Source: Candidatus Latescibacterota bacterium (GTDB lineage: Bacteria > Latescibacterota > UBA2968 > UBA8231). From it: a stretch of 64,000 nucleotides of DNA. Positions 10,123 through 19,883 of this stretch are shown here, piece by piece (position 1 is the first letter of the stretch; each line of letters opens with the position of its first letter). The stretch is from assembly GCA_965219385.1 (NCBI GenBank), contig CBDCNM010000002.1:1978936-2042935 (forward strand). The letters run 5' to 3'. The notes beneath the pieces were generated by a model. The model did no database searches. It saw only the letters and a list, made by a program, of their open reading frames with translations, and was not told where the DNA came from. The position numbers and the translations under genes were made by a program.

Positions 10123-10167
10123 GCATCCGCCGAGCCGGCGGTATCCACTGCCCGGCTGTGCGGATGC
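10123..10167 (+). promoter_or_regulatory. Stem-loop immediately after the RAPP leader stop
   Basis: GCATCCGC (10123-10130) pairs with GCGGATGC (10160-10167); inner AGCCGG/CCGGCT. Confidence 0.55.
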
Positions 10168-10327
10168 GTTCTCCAGCCAGATCTCGTCGGCTTTGACGGC
10201 AAACAGTTCATTGGTGTGCCCTGTAGGGCCCATCCGTACACCATTCTGTCTGAGCCGCATTGCATTCCAAACCCTCTGCGCACCTGCACTCAGGTCCGCG
10301 GCCATACACCGATTGGAGAACCAGATC

Positions 10328-10849
10328 ATGCTCAGGAAAATCTCTACCCTCCGTCTGCTCGCTTTCGCCCTTATTATCGCCGCCTGCGGCGACGATGACA
10401 ACCCCGTTGACCCCGATCCCCACGACGAAGAACACGCCGAAGCCCTCGGCTTGATTATCCGCAGCAGCGGCGAGGAGATCGTACGCTACGAAAACGGCGA
10501 GGTCGAAGGCGAAATTGAAGTGGGCCACGGCCTGGAAACGGCCCTGCTGTCCGTGCGCTTCATCGCCGAAGACGGCGACCTGTTTGTCCCGGACGCGGAC
10601 GACGGCTTCTCCCTCGGTTGGGAGATCGGCGACGAGAGCATCGCCGAAGTCGAGCAGCACGAATTAGACGGCCCCTGGGCCTTCCACATCGTCGGCCTCG
10701 GAGAGGGGCAGACCACTCTTGTGCTCAAACTCAACCACGCCGGCCACGCCGACTTTGTCTCCAAGGGGATCGAAATTCACGTCGAAGAAGGCGGTCCGGG
10801 CGAGGATCCCGACCAGGACCACGACCACGACGACGAGGAGGAAGGCTAG
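10328..10849 (+). CDS. His/Asp-rich lipoprotein, putative metal-binding partner of the TonB receptor
   Basis: GGAG SD, lipobox IAAC, HDEEHAE, HAGHADF, C-terminal DHDHDDEEEG. Confidence 0.8.
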   Translation: MLRKISTLRLLAFALIIAACGDDDNPVDPDPHDEEHAEALGLIIRSSGEEIVRYENGEVEGEIEVGHGLETALLSVRFIAEDGDLFVPDADDGFSLGWEIGDESIAEVEQHELDGPWAFHIVGLGEGQTTLVLKLNHAGHADFVSKGIEIHVEEGGPGEDPDQDHDHDDEEEG

Positions 10850-10852
10850 GGT

Positions 10853-13063
10853 TTGCGCCTCCGCTTGCTGATCTTCTTCCTCCTCGGCCTGGCGGCGGGA
10901 CCCGCCTCCGCCGGCCAGACCGGCGCCCTCGCCGGCCACGTGATCGACACCGAAAGCGGCGCAGCCGTCGGCTGGACCACCGTGGTCATCGAGGGCCTTG
11001 AACGGGCGCGCATCAGCGACGCCGGGGGGTACTTCATCTTTGCCAATGTACCCCCCGGCGCCTACGTCCTGCACAGCCTGCGCATCGGCTACCATGAAGC
11101 CCGCTTCGAGGTCGAGGTGGTCGCCGGCGACACCACTCACGTGGATCTGGCCATCGGCCACCATCCCCTGGAACTGGAGACCATCCTCATAGAAGGCGAG
11201 AGCGGTCGCCCTCTTTCCCCCCTGGAGACACCTGAAGTGGTCTTCAGCGGCAGCACCCTGAGGCAGAATTTGAGCCGCACCATCGCCGAGACCATCGACT
11301 ACGAGCCGGGCATCGCCCAGCGCTCCATGGGCCCGGCGCCGGCGCGGCCGGTACTGCGCGGCCTGGGCGGCGACCGCCTGCTGGTACTCGAAGACGGCGA
11401 GCGCACCGGCGATTTGTCGGCCTCCTCCTCGGACCACGCCGTGGCCATCGAGCCCCTGGCCACCGAGCGCATCGAGGTGGTGCGCGGTCCCCGCACCCTG
11501 CTCTACGGCGCCAATGCCCTGGCCGGGGTGGTCAACGTGGTGCGCGGCTACGTGCCCTCGGAGCGCCCCGAAGGCCTGGGGGGCTCTTTCACCTATCAGG
11601 GGGAGAGCATCAACCGCGCCCTCGCCGGCGGCCTGACCCTCGAACGAGCGCTCGGTCCGCTGGCCCTGCGCGTCGACGGCAGTCTGCGCGGCGCCGGCGA
11701 TATCGCCACCCCGCGAGGGATGCTCGCCAATACCCAGATCCGCACGGGCAATGCCTCGGCCGGCTTGAGCCTGGTGCGCTCCTGGGGCCACGCGGGCGCG
11801 TCCGGCAGTCTGTACGACTCCGATTACGGCATTCCCCCCGACCCGCAGGGCGGCCACCCGGACGGCGTGTCCATCGAGCTCCGGCGCCAGCACCTCGAAG
11901 GGCGCGGCGAATTCTTCTCCGGGCCGGCCTGGCTGCAGCGCCTGGAACTGCACCATGCGTTTTCGCGCTACCAGCACGGCGAATTCGAAGCCAGTGGCGA
12001 CTTGGGGATGGAGTTCGGCGTGCTCAGCCACCACAGCGGTGCCTTGGCCCACCTGGACCGCACGGGTCCTTTTGCAAACGGCGCGGTCGGCCTGTGGTAC
12101 GAGTACCGCAACTATGCCGCGGCTGGGCTCAACTTTACGCCGCCGGCCGAAGAATACGCCGGCGCCCTGTTTACCTACCAGGAGTGGGAGAAGGATCCCT
12201 GGGCCGTCAACGCGGCCCTGCGCATTGACGCCCGCCGCGTCGAGCCGCGCGAGGAGCGCGTTTCGCGCACGGTCGGCCGCATCCGGACGCGGGACTTTGC
12301 CGGCTTCTCCGCCGGTCTGTCCAGCCACTACCGCGCCAGCCCGGATCTGACCCTGGGCGCGACCTCGATGCGCACCTTTCGCGCTCCCGGCATCGAAGAG
12401 CTGTTCATCGAAGGACCGCATCTGGCCGCCTATTCCTACGAGGTGGGCAATGGGGCCCTCGGCAGCGAACGCGGTCTGGGACTGGAGCTGTTCGCCGACT
12501 ACCACCACGAACACGGCCATCTGAACCTGGCTTTCTTCCGCAATGACATAGAGGGCTATATCTTCCCCAAGAACAGCGGCGTGCGCAGCCGGCGGCGCGC
12601 CGATCTCTTCCTCTACCAGATGGTGGGGGAGCGCGTCCTCATGCACGGCGCCGAAGCCACCTTCGATTGGCACGTGGCGCGGCCCTGGAAGGTGGCTGGA
12701 ACCCTCAGCTATGTGCGCGGCCACCTCGCCGACCGCGACGACGAACCCCTGCCGCGTCTGCCGCCCCTGCACGGGCGCCTGAGCCTGACCTGCGAACCCA
12801 CCGAGGCCCTGAGTGCCACCATTGCCCTGCGCCTGGCCGCGGCTCAGAATCGTCACGGCCTCTTCGAAGAGCCCACCGAGGGCTACGCGGTCCTGGATTT
12901 TTCGGGCCAGTATTTCGTGCACTGGCGGGGGCATTTGCACACCTTTGCCCTGACCTTGGAAAACGCCACCGACGCGGTGTACCGCAACCACCTCAACCGC
13001 GTCAAGGACATCCTGCCCGAGCCGGGCCGCAACCTGCGCTTGCTGCACAAGGTATTCTTCTGA
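10853..13063 (+). CDS. TonB-dependent receptor with N-terminal carboxypeptidase-regulatory-like domain (ZnuD-like metal receptor)
   Basis: RPVLRGLGGDR, DHAVAIEP, ERIEVVRGPRTLLYG, GPHLA, YRNHL, PGRN, C-terminal Phe; TTG start. Confidence 0.9.
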   Translation: MRLRLLIFFLLGLAAGPASAGQTGALAGHVIDTESGAAVGWTTVVIEGLERARISDAGGYFIFANVPPGAYVLHSLRIGYHEARFEVEVVAGDTTHVDLAIGHHPLELETILIEGESGRPLSPLETPEVVFSGSTLRQNLSRTIAETIDYEPGIAQRSMGPAPARPVLRGLGGDRLLVLEDGERTGDLSASSSDHAVAIEPLATERIEVVRGPRTLLYGANALAGVVNVVRGYVPSERPEGLGGSFTYQGESINRALAGGLTLERALGPLALRVDGSLRGAGDIATPRGMLANTQIRTGNASAGLSLVRSWGHAGASGSLYDSDYGIPPDPQGGHPDGVSIELRRQHLEGRGEFFSGPAWLQRLELHHAFSRYQHGEFEASGDLGMEFGVLSHHSGALAHLDRTGPFANGAVGLWYEYRNYAAAGLNFTPPAEEYAGALFTYQEWEKDPWAVNAALRIDARRVEPREERVSRTVGRIRTRDFAGFSAGLSSHYRASPDLTLGATSMRTFRAPGIEELFIEGPHLAAYSYEVGNGALGSERGLGLELFADYHHEHGHLNLAFFRNDIEGYIFPKNSGVRSRRRADLFLYQMVGERVLMHGAEATFDWHVARPWKVAGTLSYVRGHLADRDDEPLPRLPPLHGRLSLTCEPTEALSATIALRLAAAQNRHGLFEEPTEGYAVLDFSGQYFVHWRGHLHTFALTLENATDAVYRNHLNRVKDILPEPGRNLRLLHKVFF

Positions 13064-13119
13064 GAATTCGTCTGGACCCCCCCCATCGGCACGATAGGGT
13101 TGCACCAAACAGAGGTTTT

Positions 13120-13350
13120 ATGCTTGCCAAACTGACGTTGACGTCCAAAAACCAGTTGACCCTCCCCAAAGCAGTGATTTCCGCCTTCCAGGGCACGGAG
13201 TATTTCGATGTGACCAAGGAAAACGGTCGCATCGTGCTGACCCCCGTGCGCCTCACGCGAGCCGATGCAGTGCGGGCCAAACTGGTTGATCTGGGGTTGT
13301 CCGAAGCCGATGTGGCCGAAGCCGTGGCTTGGGCCCGCCAGGCTAAATGA
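13120..13350 (+). CDS. AbrB/MazE/SpoVT family antitoxin
   Basis: MLAKLTLTSKNQLTLPKAV...GRIVLTPV, 76 aa, GAGG SD. Confidence 0.85.
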   Translation: MLAKLTLTSKNQLTLPKAVISAFQGTEYFDVTKENGRIVLTPVRLTRADAVRAKLVDLGLSEADVAEAVAWARQAK

Positions 13351-13404
13351 CCCCAGTGCGCTTTATTGTATAAAATCAAGTTCGGCAGAAGGATTACACC
13401 TCAG

Positions 13405-13992
13405 ATGGCCGACAACTTTCATGTACATTTCCAAGGGCCTTTTGGCTGGTTTGACGATGCTGGCATTCCCCCTTTAGATCAAGCCTCGGCCGGCCGTGGA
13501 AGGGGAGTTTACTTGTGGACTATTCCCACTGAGCTTGGCGAACTGGTTTACTACGTCGGAGAGACAAAAAGGAGCTTCGCTAAAAGAATGAAAGAGCATC
13601 TCGAGAAGCAGCTTTCGGGCATGTACCACATCTACGAACCTACTCTATTCGCATCGGGCGTTAAGCGTGTCCTGTGGAACGGAATGTACAGACCGGACCC
13701 AGAGAAAGGATTGGGGGAATTCGTAAATCGATTGCCAACGCTGGTTGATAGTCTGGTTAGCTTTGTCCATCTCATGCGTTTTCGAGTTGCCTCACTTGAC
13801 TGCGAGGATCGAATCAGAAAACGGATCGAAGCGGCACTTTCGCAGCACCTCAGAAAACAGCCAGAACCTATTGGCCTGTTTCAGGATGACGGAATCCGCT
13901 ATGAGCTACGGAAACGAGACGAAGAACCTATTTTGATCAGATGCAGTCCGACGGGAGAGATTCGCGGACTGCCTGCAACTATCGAAGTGTGA
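13405..13992 (+). CDS. GIY-YIG nuclease family protein
   Basis: GVYLWTI...YYVGET...FAKRMKEH; AGAAGGA upstream; lower GC than flanks; start could be 13366. Confidence 0.75.
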   Translation: MADNFHVHFQGPFGWFDDAGIPPLDQASAGRGRGVYLWTIPTELGELVYYVGETKRSFAKRMKEHLEKQLSGMYHIYEPTLFASGVKRVLWNGMYRPDPEKGLGEFVNRLPTLVDSLVSFVHLMRFRVASLDCEDRIRKRIEAALSQHLRKQPEPIGLFQDDGIRYELRKRDEEPILIRCSPTGEIRGLPATIEV

Positions 13993-14203
13993 ATGACGAG
14001 CTGCTGAATACAAAGTTCGGCTACAGTAGAACATGAAGGAGGTGTTTATTAGACTTGTCGCGCAATAGTGAAATTCGTATTCTATTTCTCAAAGTTGCTC
14101 CCCCTCTATCGATTGAGAGGACCGATGCTTCGTATTGATCATGCCTTGCGCTCTGCCCGTGTTGTCAAAGCCCTTACGGGGTTGAGTATCCTCAAATTTA
14201 TTG

Positions 14204-14343
14204 ACCTAACCGATCGTTTTGCCCAGACGCTTGCCCACCACCGCGGGGCGGCTCAAAGCAAGACGCGCCAACGGCAACCGGGGGGGCGGAACGTCCTGTG
14301 CCGCCCGAAGACCACGGGGCGCTGGTACCCGAATCTGTAGGGC
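14204..14343 (+). mobile_element. Degenerate integron attC-like site
   Basis: R'' ACCTAAC (RYYYAAC); CCAG-A-CGC pairs with GCGCTGG leaving one bulged base; R' GTAGGGC (one mismatch to GTTRRRY); next ATG 10 bp later. Confidence 0.5.
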
Positions 14344-14352
14344 ACTCTAGAA

Positions 14353-15092
14353 ATGAAGAAGCACTTAGCTGACTACACACAAAATGGTTACTACGTGATT
14401 CCCGGACTACTCACATCGGAAGAGGTCGGGGAGATCAACACGGCAATCGACACCGACTTCAAGGGAAACCGCCGGCTATGGCGTCGCGGGAATTATCCAG
14501 GTTGGAGCAACACCCTTGTGTTGTTGTCTCATCCCGAGTTTGATGTAACCATGCGCCCACCGAGGTTGCTTCCTCTGATGGAGGAGATCATGGGACCGGA
14601 CCTTTGTGCCGACCAGCATGAAGTTGTCATTCGGCCACCGAACCCAGATGGACCCACCCAGTGCAAATGGCACCGCGATGGCACCAGAATCATGGATCCT
14701 CCATACTAACGTATATACTACATCTCATCTTCTATCTGACAGAGGTCAGGGATGACACGCATTGTTTCAGCATTATCCCCCGAAGCTCACAAGGCACTGA
14801 GTTTCCTCCAGTCGAGGACTATGATCTCAATTCGGCAGTCCACATCACGGGAGAACCGGGCACTGCAATTCTATGTAACGGTACGATTCTTCACGCATTG
14901 AACTTTCGGAAAACAACTGAGGAGCGTCGTACGGTACACAGCTGGATCGGGCGAAGTTCACAACCTGCCATGGCTAACTACACTGTTTTTCCTCTCCGTC
15001 TCTGCCGTTCAGAGGAAAGGGAAGTTGCGAAGTATTACGCCCGCGCAAATGAAATCACGCGACTAATGCTTAGTAGCTTTGGGAGGGAATGA
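14353..15092 (+). pseudogene. Phytanoyl-CoA dioxygenase (PhyH) family, frameshifted near 14700
   Basis: 5' ORF has NGYYVIPGLL and WHRDG. The 3' ORF, in another frame, continues LIFYLTEV...PGTAIL...LHA...RRTVH. Confidence 0.8.
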
Positions 15093-15120
15093 CCTGGCCT
15101 TGCCATGATGGCCAGGCCAC

Positions 15121-15232
15121 ACCCAACCACCCCAAGCTGACCAGACGCTTAACACGAGCACCCACGGCTTCGGTGCTTTCGCAGCTCCGCCCAACCCGCT
15201 GCTCGGGTTCGTGGGTGTCGAGAAGGTTGGGC
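15121..15232 (+). mobile_element. Degenerate integron attC-like site downstream of the PhyH gene
   Basis: ACCCAAC ... GTTGGGC core sites 112 bp end to end; shares CCAGACGCTT with the site at 14204; internal CACCCACG/CGTGGGTG stem. Confidence 0.5.
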
Positions 15233-15347
15233 CGCCATTGTTCCAATGAATGCAGGTCTTTTACGTTTTGTCGCGTACTGTGGCCATTGACAATACCGTG
15301 GACAATAATTGCGTCCTGCGGAGTTCGTGGAGCGGAGGTGCCCCAAG

Positions 15348-16535
15348 ATGCGCTGGATAAACGTACAGGAGATCTACGCCGACGGCAAACACAACGCCTG
15401 GCCCGACATCTGCCGCTGGCGGGACAAGTACTACGTCATCTTCAACTCCGGCGGCAAAGGCCATGCCAACGGCCACCGCATCTGCCTCCTCTCCTCGGCC
15501 GACGCAAAGCACTGGGAGAAAGAATTCGAAACCACCCCGGACGAATGGGCCCCCTCGGACGATGCCACCCGGGGCGCCACCTGCCCCAAATTGCTGCCCA
15601 CCCAGGATCGCCTCATCGCGATGTTCTACTATTACGCCAGAGGCGTCCCGGATATCACCGAGGCCGAAAAAACCCGGCTGAAAAACCACTGGCTGACCCT
15701 CGACGGCTCGGAGCCAAGCTTCGAGCGCTGGGTCGGCCACCACCAAACCTTGTTCCGTACCGCCCTGGCCTTTTCGGAAGACGGCCACACCTTCTCACCA
15801 CCGCAGCCCCTGCTCGAGCCGGGCTGGCGGGTCTGGCGCCCCCACACCTTTGCCGGCCGGCACTACGTCGTGGGGTATCGCTGCCATGGCCAGTCCTGGT
15901 CGATCGGCCCGGAACTGGAAGCCATGATCCCCAAGGCCGATTCCAGCGAGATGTTCGAGAGCGCCTCCCTCTTCACCTCCGAGGACGGCCTGGCGTGGAG
16001 CAAAATCAGCGCTATCGCCACGGACGACAACGACGAGCCCGACCTGGACTTCGACCAGGAAGGCCGCATCCTGGTGGTCAGCCGCACCGGCGCCTCCATG
16101 AGCCCGGATCGACCAGCCATGGCCTACCTGAGCCATCCCCCCTACACCGAGTGGCAAAGCCTGAAGTTGAGCGCGCCCCTCAACGCCCCGGCGGTCCGCC
16201 GCGTGGGCCAGCGCTGGGTGGTGGGAGGCCGCGCCCGGGTCGCGGGTTTCCAGGTGCCTTCCCGCTTTGCCCCCGACAGGGAAGTCGACCTCTTTGGTCC
16301 CACCCGGCTGTGGCTGCTCAACGATGAGACCGGCGAGCTGGAGGAGGGAACCACCCTGCCCAGCTGGGGCGACAGCGCCTACCCAGGCATCGAGCTGACG
16401 TCCGGGGGGGGTCTCCTGGTGGTGTACTACTCCTGCTCCCAGACCATCGACGAAAACCTCCTCATGGGACCGGGGCCGCTGCCCGGGAAGTACGCGCCGG
16501 CCTCCATCTATCTGGCCCGCGTCGTCATGGAATAA
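15348..16535 (+). CDS. BNR/Asp-box beta-propeller protein (sialidase-like)
   Basis: HNAWPD, SSADAKHW, FSEDGHTF and TSEDGLAW Asp boxes, GDSAYPG; GGAGGTG SD. Confidence 0.75.
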   Translation: MRWINVQEIYADGKHNAWPDICRWRDKYYVIFNSGGKGHANGHRICLLSSADAKHWEKEFETTPDEWAPSDDATRGATCPKLLPTQDRLIAMFYYYARGVPDITEAEKTRLKNHWLTLDGSEPSFERWVGHHQTLFRTALAFSEDGHTFSPPQPLLEPGWRVWRPHTFAGRHYVVGYRCHGQSWSIGPELEAMIPKADSSEMFESASLFTSEDGLAWSKISAIATDDNDEPDLDFDQEGRILVVSRTGASMSPDRPAMAYLSHPPYTEWQSLKLSAPLNAPAVRRVGQRWVVGGRARVAGFQVPSRFAPDREVDLFGPTRLWLLNDETGELEEGTTLPSWGDSAYPGIELTSGGGLLVVYYSCSQTIDENLLMGPGPLPGKYAPASIYLARVVME

Positions 16536-16605
16536 CCGCCGTTTGACAGGAGGCAAAATATACACCTTAGTTTTTATCCCCTAGTCAAAACCCCAGGAGA
16601 CCTGC

Positions 16606-18405
16606 ATGTCTACCATCCAGAGCCACACCCCCACCCCGGCGCCCGCCTGGGCCGTGCTGGAGCGCCGGCTGTTCGACACCATGGATCAGGCCGCCCCCCT
16701 CTTCATCGACAAGTACACCCGCCCCGGCGGATCCCTGGTCTGGACGGAGAGCTATCCCGGCGACGGGGTCTGGGCCGACGATCTGTACGAGGCCTTCTTC
16801 AACTGGCCGGTGTTCTACGCCCTGGGCGGCAGCGAGTACACCAGTGAGATGGCCGTGCACGAGTGGAACGCCCTCACCCGCCAGATCACCTACGACTACG
16901 GCCGCGCTTCGCGGGAATTCATCAACGACGACGACTGGTTCCACAACAGCGAAAACTACATTTACTTCTACGCCCTGGGCCTGTCCGATCCCACCAACGC
17001 CGAGATGATGCGGCGGGCCCGGCGCTTTGCCGGGTTTTACCTGGCCGAGGATCCCCAGGTGCCCAACTACGACCCCGAGCACCGCATTATCCGCTCGCCC
17101 TTCAGCGGCAGCAAGGGGCCGCTCTTCCACGCCCGCTTCGACGATGTGCGCTACAACCTCGAACACGGCCATACCACCCTGGGCCCCGGGTTCGAGCTAT
17201 CGGCAAACTGGTATGAAGACGAGGCCACCCGCGCAAAGGTCCACGCCAAATTCGACAGGGTGGTCATGAACGGCGACATCCCGGTCAACCTGGGGGTGGT
17301 GCCCATGGTGGCCCATGCTTACCTGCTCACCCACGAGGACAAGTACCGCGACTGGGTGGTCGAATACCTCGAGGCCTGGATGGAACGGATCGAGGAAAAC
17401 AACGGCATCATCCCGGACAACATCGGTCCCAATGGCCTCATCGGCGAGAACCGCCAGGGCCAGTGGTGGGGCGGGTTCTATGGCTGGTCCGCCACCTTTT
17501 CCCAGCAGATGATCGGCTCGGCCCTGACCGTGGCTTCCGAAAGCGCCTATCTGATCACCGGAGAGGCCCGCTACCTGGACCTGATCCGCTCGCAGCTGGA
17601 CATGCTTCTGGAGCACGCCCGGGAAGAAAACGGCCAGTTGTACATACCGCACCGCTACAAAGACGGAGCAGGGTGGACCGACTACGGTCCCCCGCGCAGC
17701 CAGGAAGCCGTCCATTTGTGGGCCGCCTCCATGGAGCAGAAAGACTGGGATCGGCTGGAGAGGCTGCGCCGGGGCGACCCGCACGAATGGGCCACCGTCA
17801 CCTCGCGCGGTCCCCGCGGCGAGGACGATCGGGCCTGGATCCGCTACCTGGCCGGGGAGTGTCCCGAATACCCCGAGGCCATCCTCCAGGCCAACTACCA
17901 GGAAATCCGCCGGCGGGTGGAAGCGATCCAGGAGGACGAGGCCGATCTTACGAAGGTGGACGAGCACCACTGGCAGCAGCGCAATCCGGTCGTGCCCGAA
18001 GGCCTGGTACAGCTGACCACGGGCGGCCCCCAGCCCATCTACTGGGGCGGGCTTGCGCGCGGCCGCCTGCGCTACTTCGACCCCCAGCAACAGCGGCCGG
18101 GCCTGCCCCAGGATGTCGCCGCTCTGGTCAGCCGCCTGGACGCGGAGAGGGTGGACTTGAAGCTGGTGAATTTGAGCGTGCACGCGGCGCGCGATCTCAT
18201 CGTGCAGGCCGGGACCTACGGCGAGCATCGCTTCGGCCGGGTGGAACTGGCAGGCGAGGAGACGCCGGTCGAAGTAAACGATAAAACCTTCCAGGTCCGC
18301 CTGCTTCCCGGCACCGAGCTGGAACTGCACATCGACATGGAACTCTACTGCAACAAACCCGGCTGCGCCTTTCCCTGGCACGGCGACCGGATCCCCTTTC
18401 GGTAG
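16606..18405 (+). CDS. Hypothetical protein, 599 aa (possible alpha/alpha-barrel enzyme)
   Basis: Long ORF with host-like codon bias and AGGAG SD; DDLYEAFFNWP, DWFHNSE, GQWWGGFYGW; function not recognised. Confidence 0.75.
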   Translation: MSTIQSHTPTPAPAWAVLERRLFDTMDQAAPLFIDKYTRPGGSLVWTESYPGDGVWADDLYEAFFNWPVFYALGGSEYTSEMAVHEWNALTRQITYDYGRASREFINDDDWFHNSENYIYFYALGLSDPTNAEMMRRARRFAGFYLAEDPQVPNYDPEHRIIRSPFSGSKGPLFHARFDDVRYNLEHGHTTLGPGFELSANWYEDEATRAKVHAKFDRVVMNGDIPVNLGVVPMVAHAYLLTHEDKYRDWVVEYLEAWMERIEENNGIIPDNIGPNGLIGENRQGQWWGGFYGWSATFSQQMIGSALTVASESAYLITGEARYLDLIRSQLDMLLEHAREENGQLYIPHRYKDGAGWTDYGPPRSQEAVHLWAASMEQKDWDRLERLRRGDPHEWATVTSRGPRGEDDRAWIRYLAGECPEYPEAILQANYQEIRRRVEAIQEDEADLTKVDEHHWQQRNPVVPEGLVQLTTGGPQPIYWGGLARGRLRYFDPQQQRPGLPQDVAALVSRLDAERVDLKLVNLSVHAARDLIVQAGTYGEHRFGRVELAGEETPVEVNDKTFQVRLLPGTELELHIDMELYCNKPGCAFPWHGDRIPFR

Positions 18406-18516
18406 ACAGGGGGAAGTCCTGTGAAGCCCTTGAATACGCTCCAGAGCTACGGGGGTAGCCGGCCGGACGCACCTGAAGGCCGAATGCCAAGCATTCAGGC
18501 GCGGGACGCCGGGGGT

Positions 18517-19359
18517 TCAGGTCGCAAGCTGTGCCCAGGCGGTTACATGGGGGGGCAGGCGCAGCGGGCGTTTCGACATCACCACTTCCTGCCGAACCCG
18601 CTCAGCCAGGGTTTCCACGCCGACCTCTTCCGCAGTCGCGATTCCGAACTCCTCGAGGAGCGGGAGCAGGCTGCGAAAGCTGTTGGCAATGAATGAATAC
18701 CCGGCCCAGCCCTCCGGACCGCCGACCGGAGACTCGAAATGCATGTACGGCTCGGGCAGACCCGCCTCGACGAAAGTGCGGTACAGGTCGAAGCCCATGT
18801 CGATATGCGCCCCGGAACGCTCGAACACTCCGAGACCCCAATCGATCAGCTTGTTCATCAGGGGCGTATCCTGATGATACGTCTGCCGGTAGGGGGTGAA
18901 ATCGACCTCCTGAAAGGCCGCGATGCCCCCTGGGCGCAGGCGGGTCGCCAGCTGCTTCAGGGCCTCGGCGGGATCGGCCATGTACATGAGGACCAGCCGG
19001 CCGATCAGGGCGTCGAAGTCGTTTCCCAGATCCAGGGTGCGGGCGTCCCCCGCGATGAATTCGAGGTTGGCGAATCTGGCTTCCTGCGCCCGGGCCCGGA
19101 CCCGGGCCGTTTCGAGAATCGCCGCATTTACATCCACGCCCACGACAGCCCCTTCCGGACCGACTAACTCGGTGGCTGTCATGGCCACGTCCCCGGTGCC
19201 GCTACCGATATCGAGCACCTTCATCCCGCTGCCCAGACCCGCCTCCTTGAGAAAGCGCCGCGTCACGGCGTCGTACAGTTGCGACTGCTGAATCAGACGC
19301 TCCTCCTCCTCTTGGCTGCGTCCCATCGTATATCTCGCATCGCTGTTCGGCTCGTTCAT
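18517..19359 (-). CDS. Class I SAM-dependent methyltransferase
   Basis: VLDIGSGTGD, VGVD, GDA, FDALIGRLVL, LRPGG; AGGAGG SD. Confidence 0.92.
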   Translation of the reverse strand: MNEPNSDARYTMGRSQEEEERLIQQSQLYDAVTRRFLKEAGLGSGMKVLDIGSGTGDVAMTATELVGPEGAVVGVDVNAAILETARVRARAQEARFANLEFIAGDARTLDLGNDFDALIGRLVLMYMADPAEALKQLATRLRPGGIAAFQEVDFTPYRQTYHQDTPLMNKLIDWGLGVFERSGAHIDMGFDLYRTFVEAGLPEPYMHFESPVGGPEGWAGYSFIANSFRSLLPLLEEFGIATAEEVGVETLAERVRQEVVMSKRPLRLPPHVTAWAQLAT

Positions 19360-19883
19360 GGGGCTCAATCCTCCTTCTTGGCTAGCTTTTTGGCGATTAT
19401 CTACTGACAAGGATCGCGCTGGCGCTGGTGATTTCCCACATGTCTCCACGATAGCCACCCTATAAGTACTGTGTCAAGTAGATAATCACCAATCCAAACC
19501 ACGTACCCCAGCGTCCCGCATAGTTCAGGAGACTGGCGTCGCCCCTGCTTATTATAGCGGGTGAGCGCCGCACTGTCGGCGATGCCCGCCCGCCATGGCC
19601 GCGCCGGTCAGGTGCCGGCCGGAGCGCTCATCGGCCGCCGCGACCATCCATCCGCAGCTCTGCCAAGGTATCCCAACTGGAGTAGAATTGTTGCTCCGCC
19701 CGTACCCTCGACGCTCACATCCATGCCCAGGTACCAGCTCAGAAGACCGCCCCCAGCATCAATGCCACGCCAGGAAGCGCAGTGGCTCGTTTTAATCACG
19801 TATGGGTAGTCTTCTTCACAGCAATTTTCACTTTTGACCATCTTTCCGTATCTTTTTCCGGACATAATAATCAGGAGGAAAAC

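Noticed and set aside
10123..10327. Cobalamin or other riboswitch upstream of the TonB receptor locus
   Set aside because: No recognisable B12 box or other aptamer consensus; the RAPP leader explains the region better. An Rfam scan would settle it.
10664..13108. 814-aa minus-strand ORF, and similar long antisense ORFs (3620-5212, 60981-62816, 51880-53148)
   Set aside because: Shadow ORFs opposite well-supported genes in high-GC DNA; no motifs
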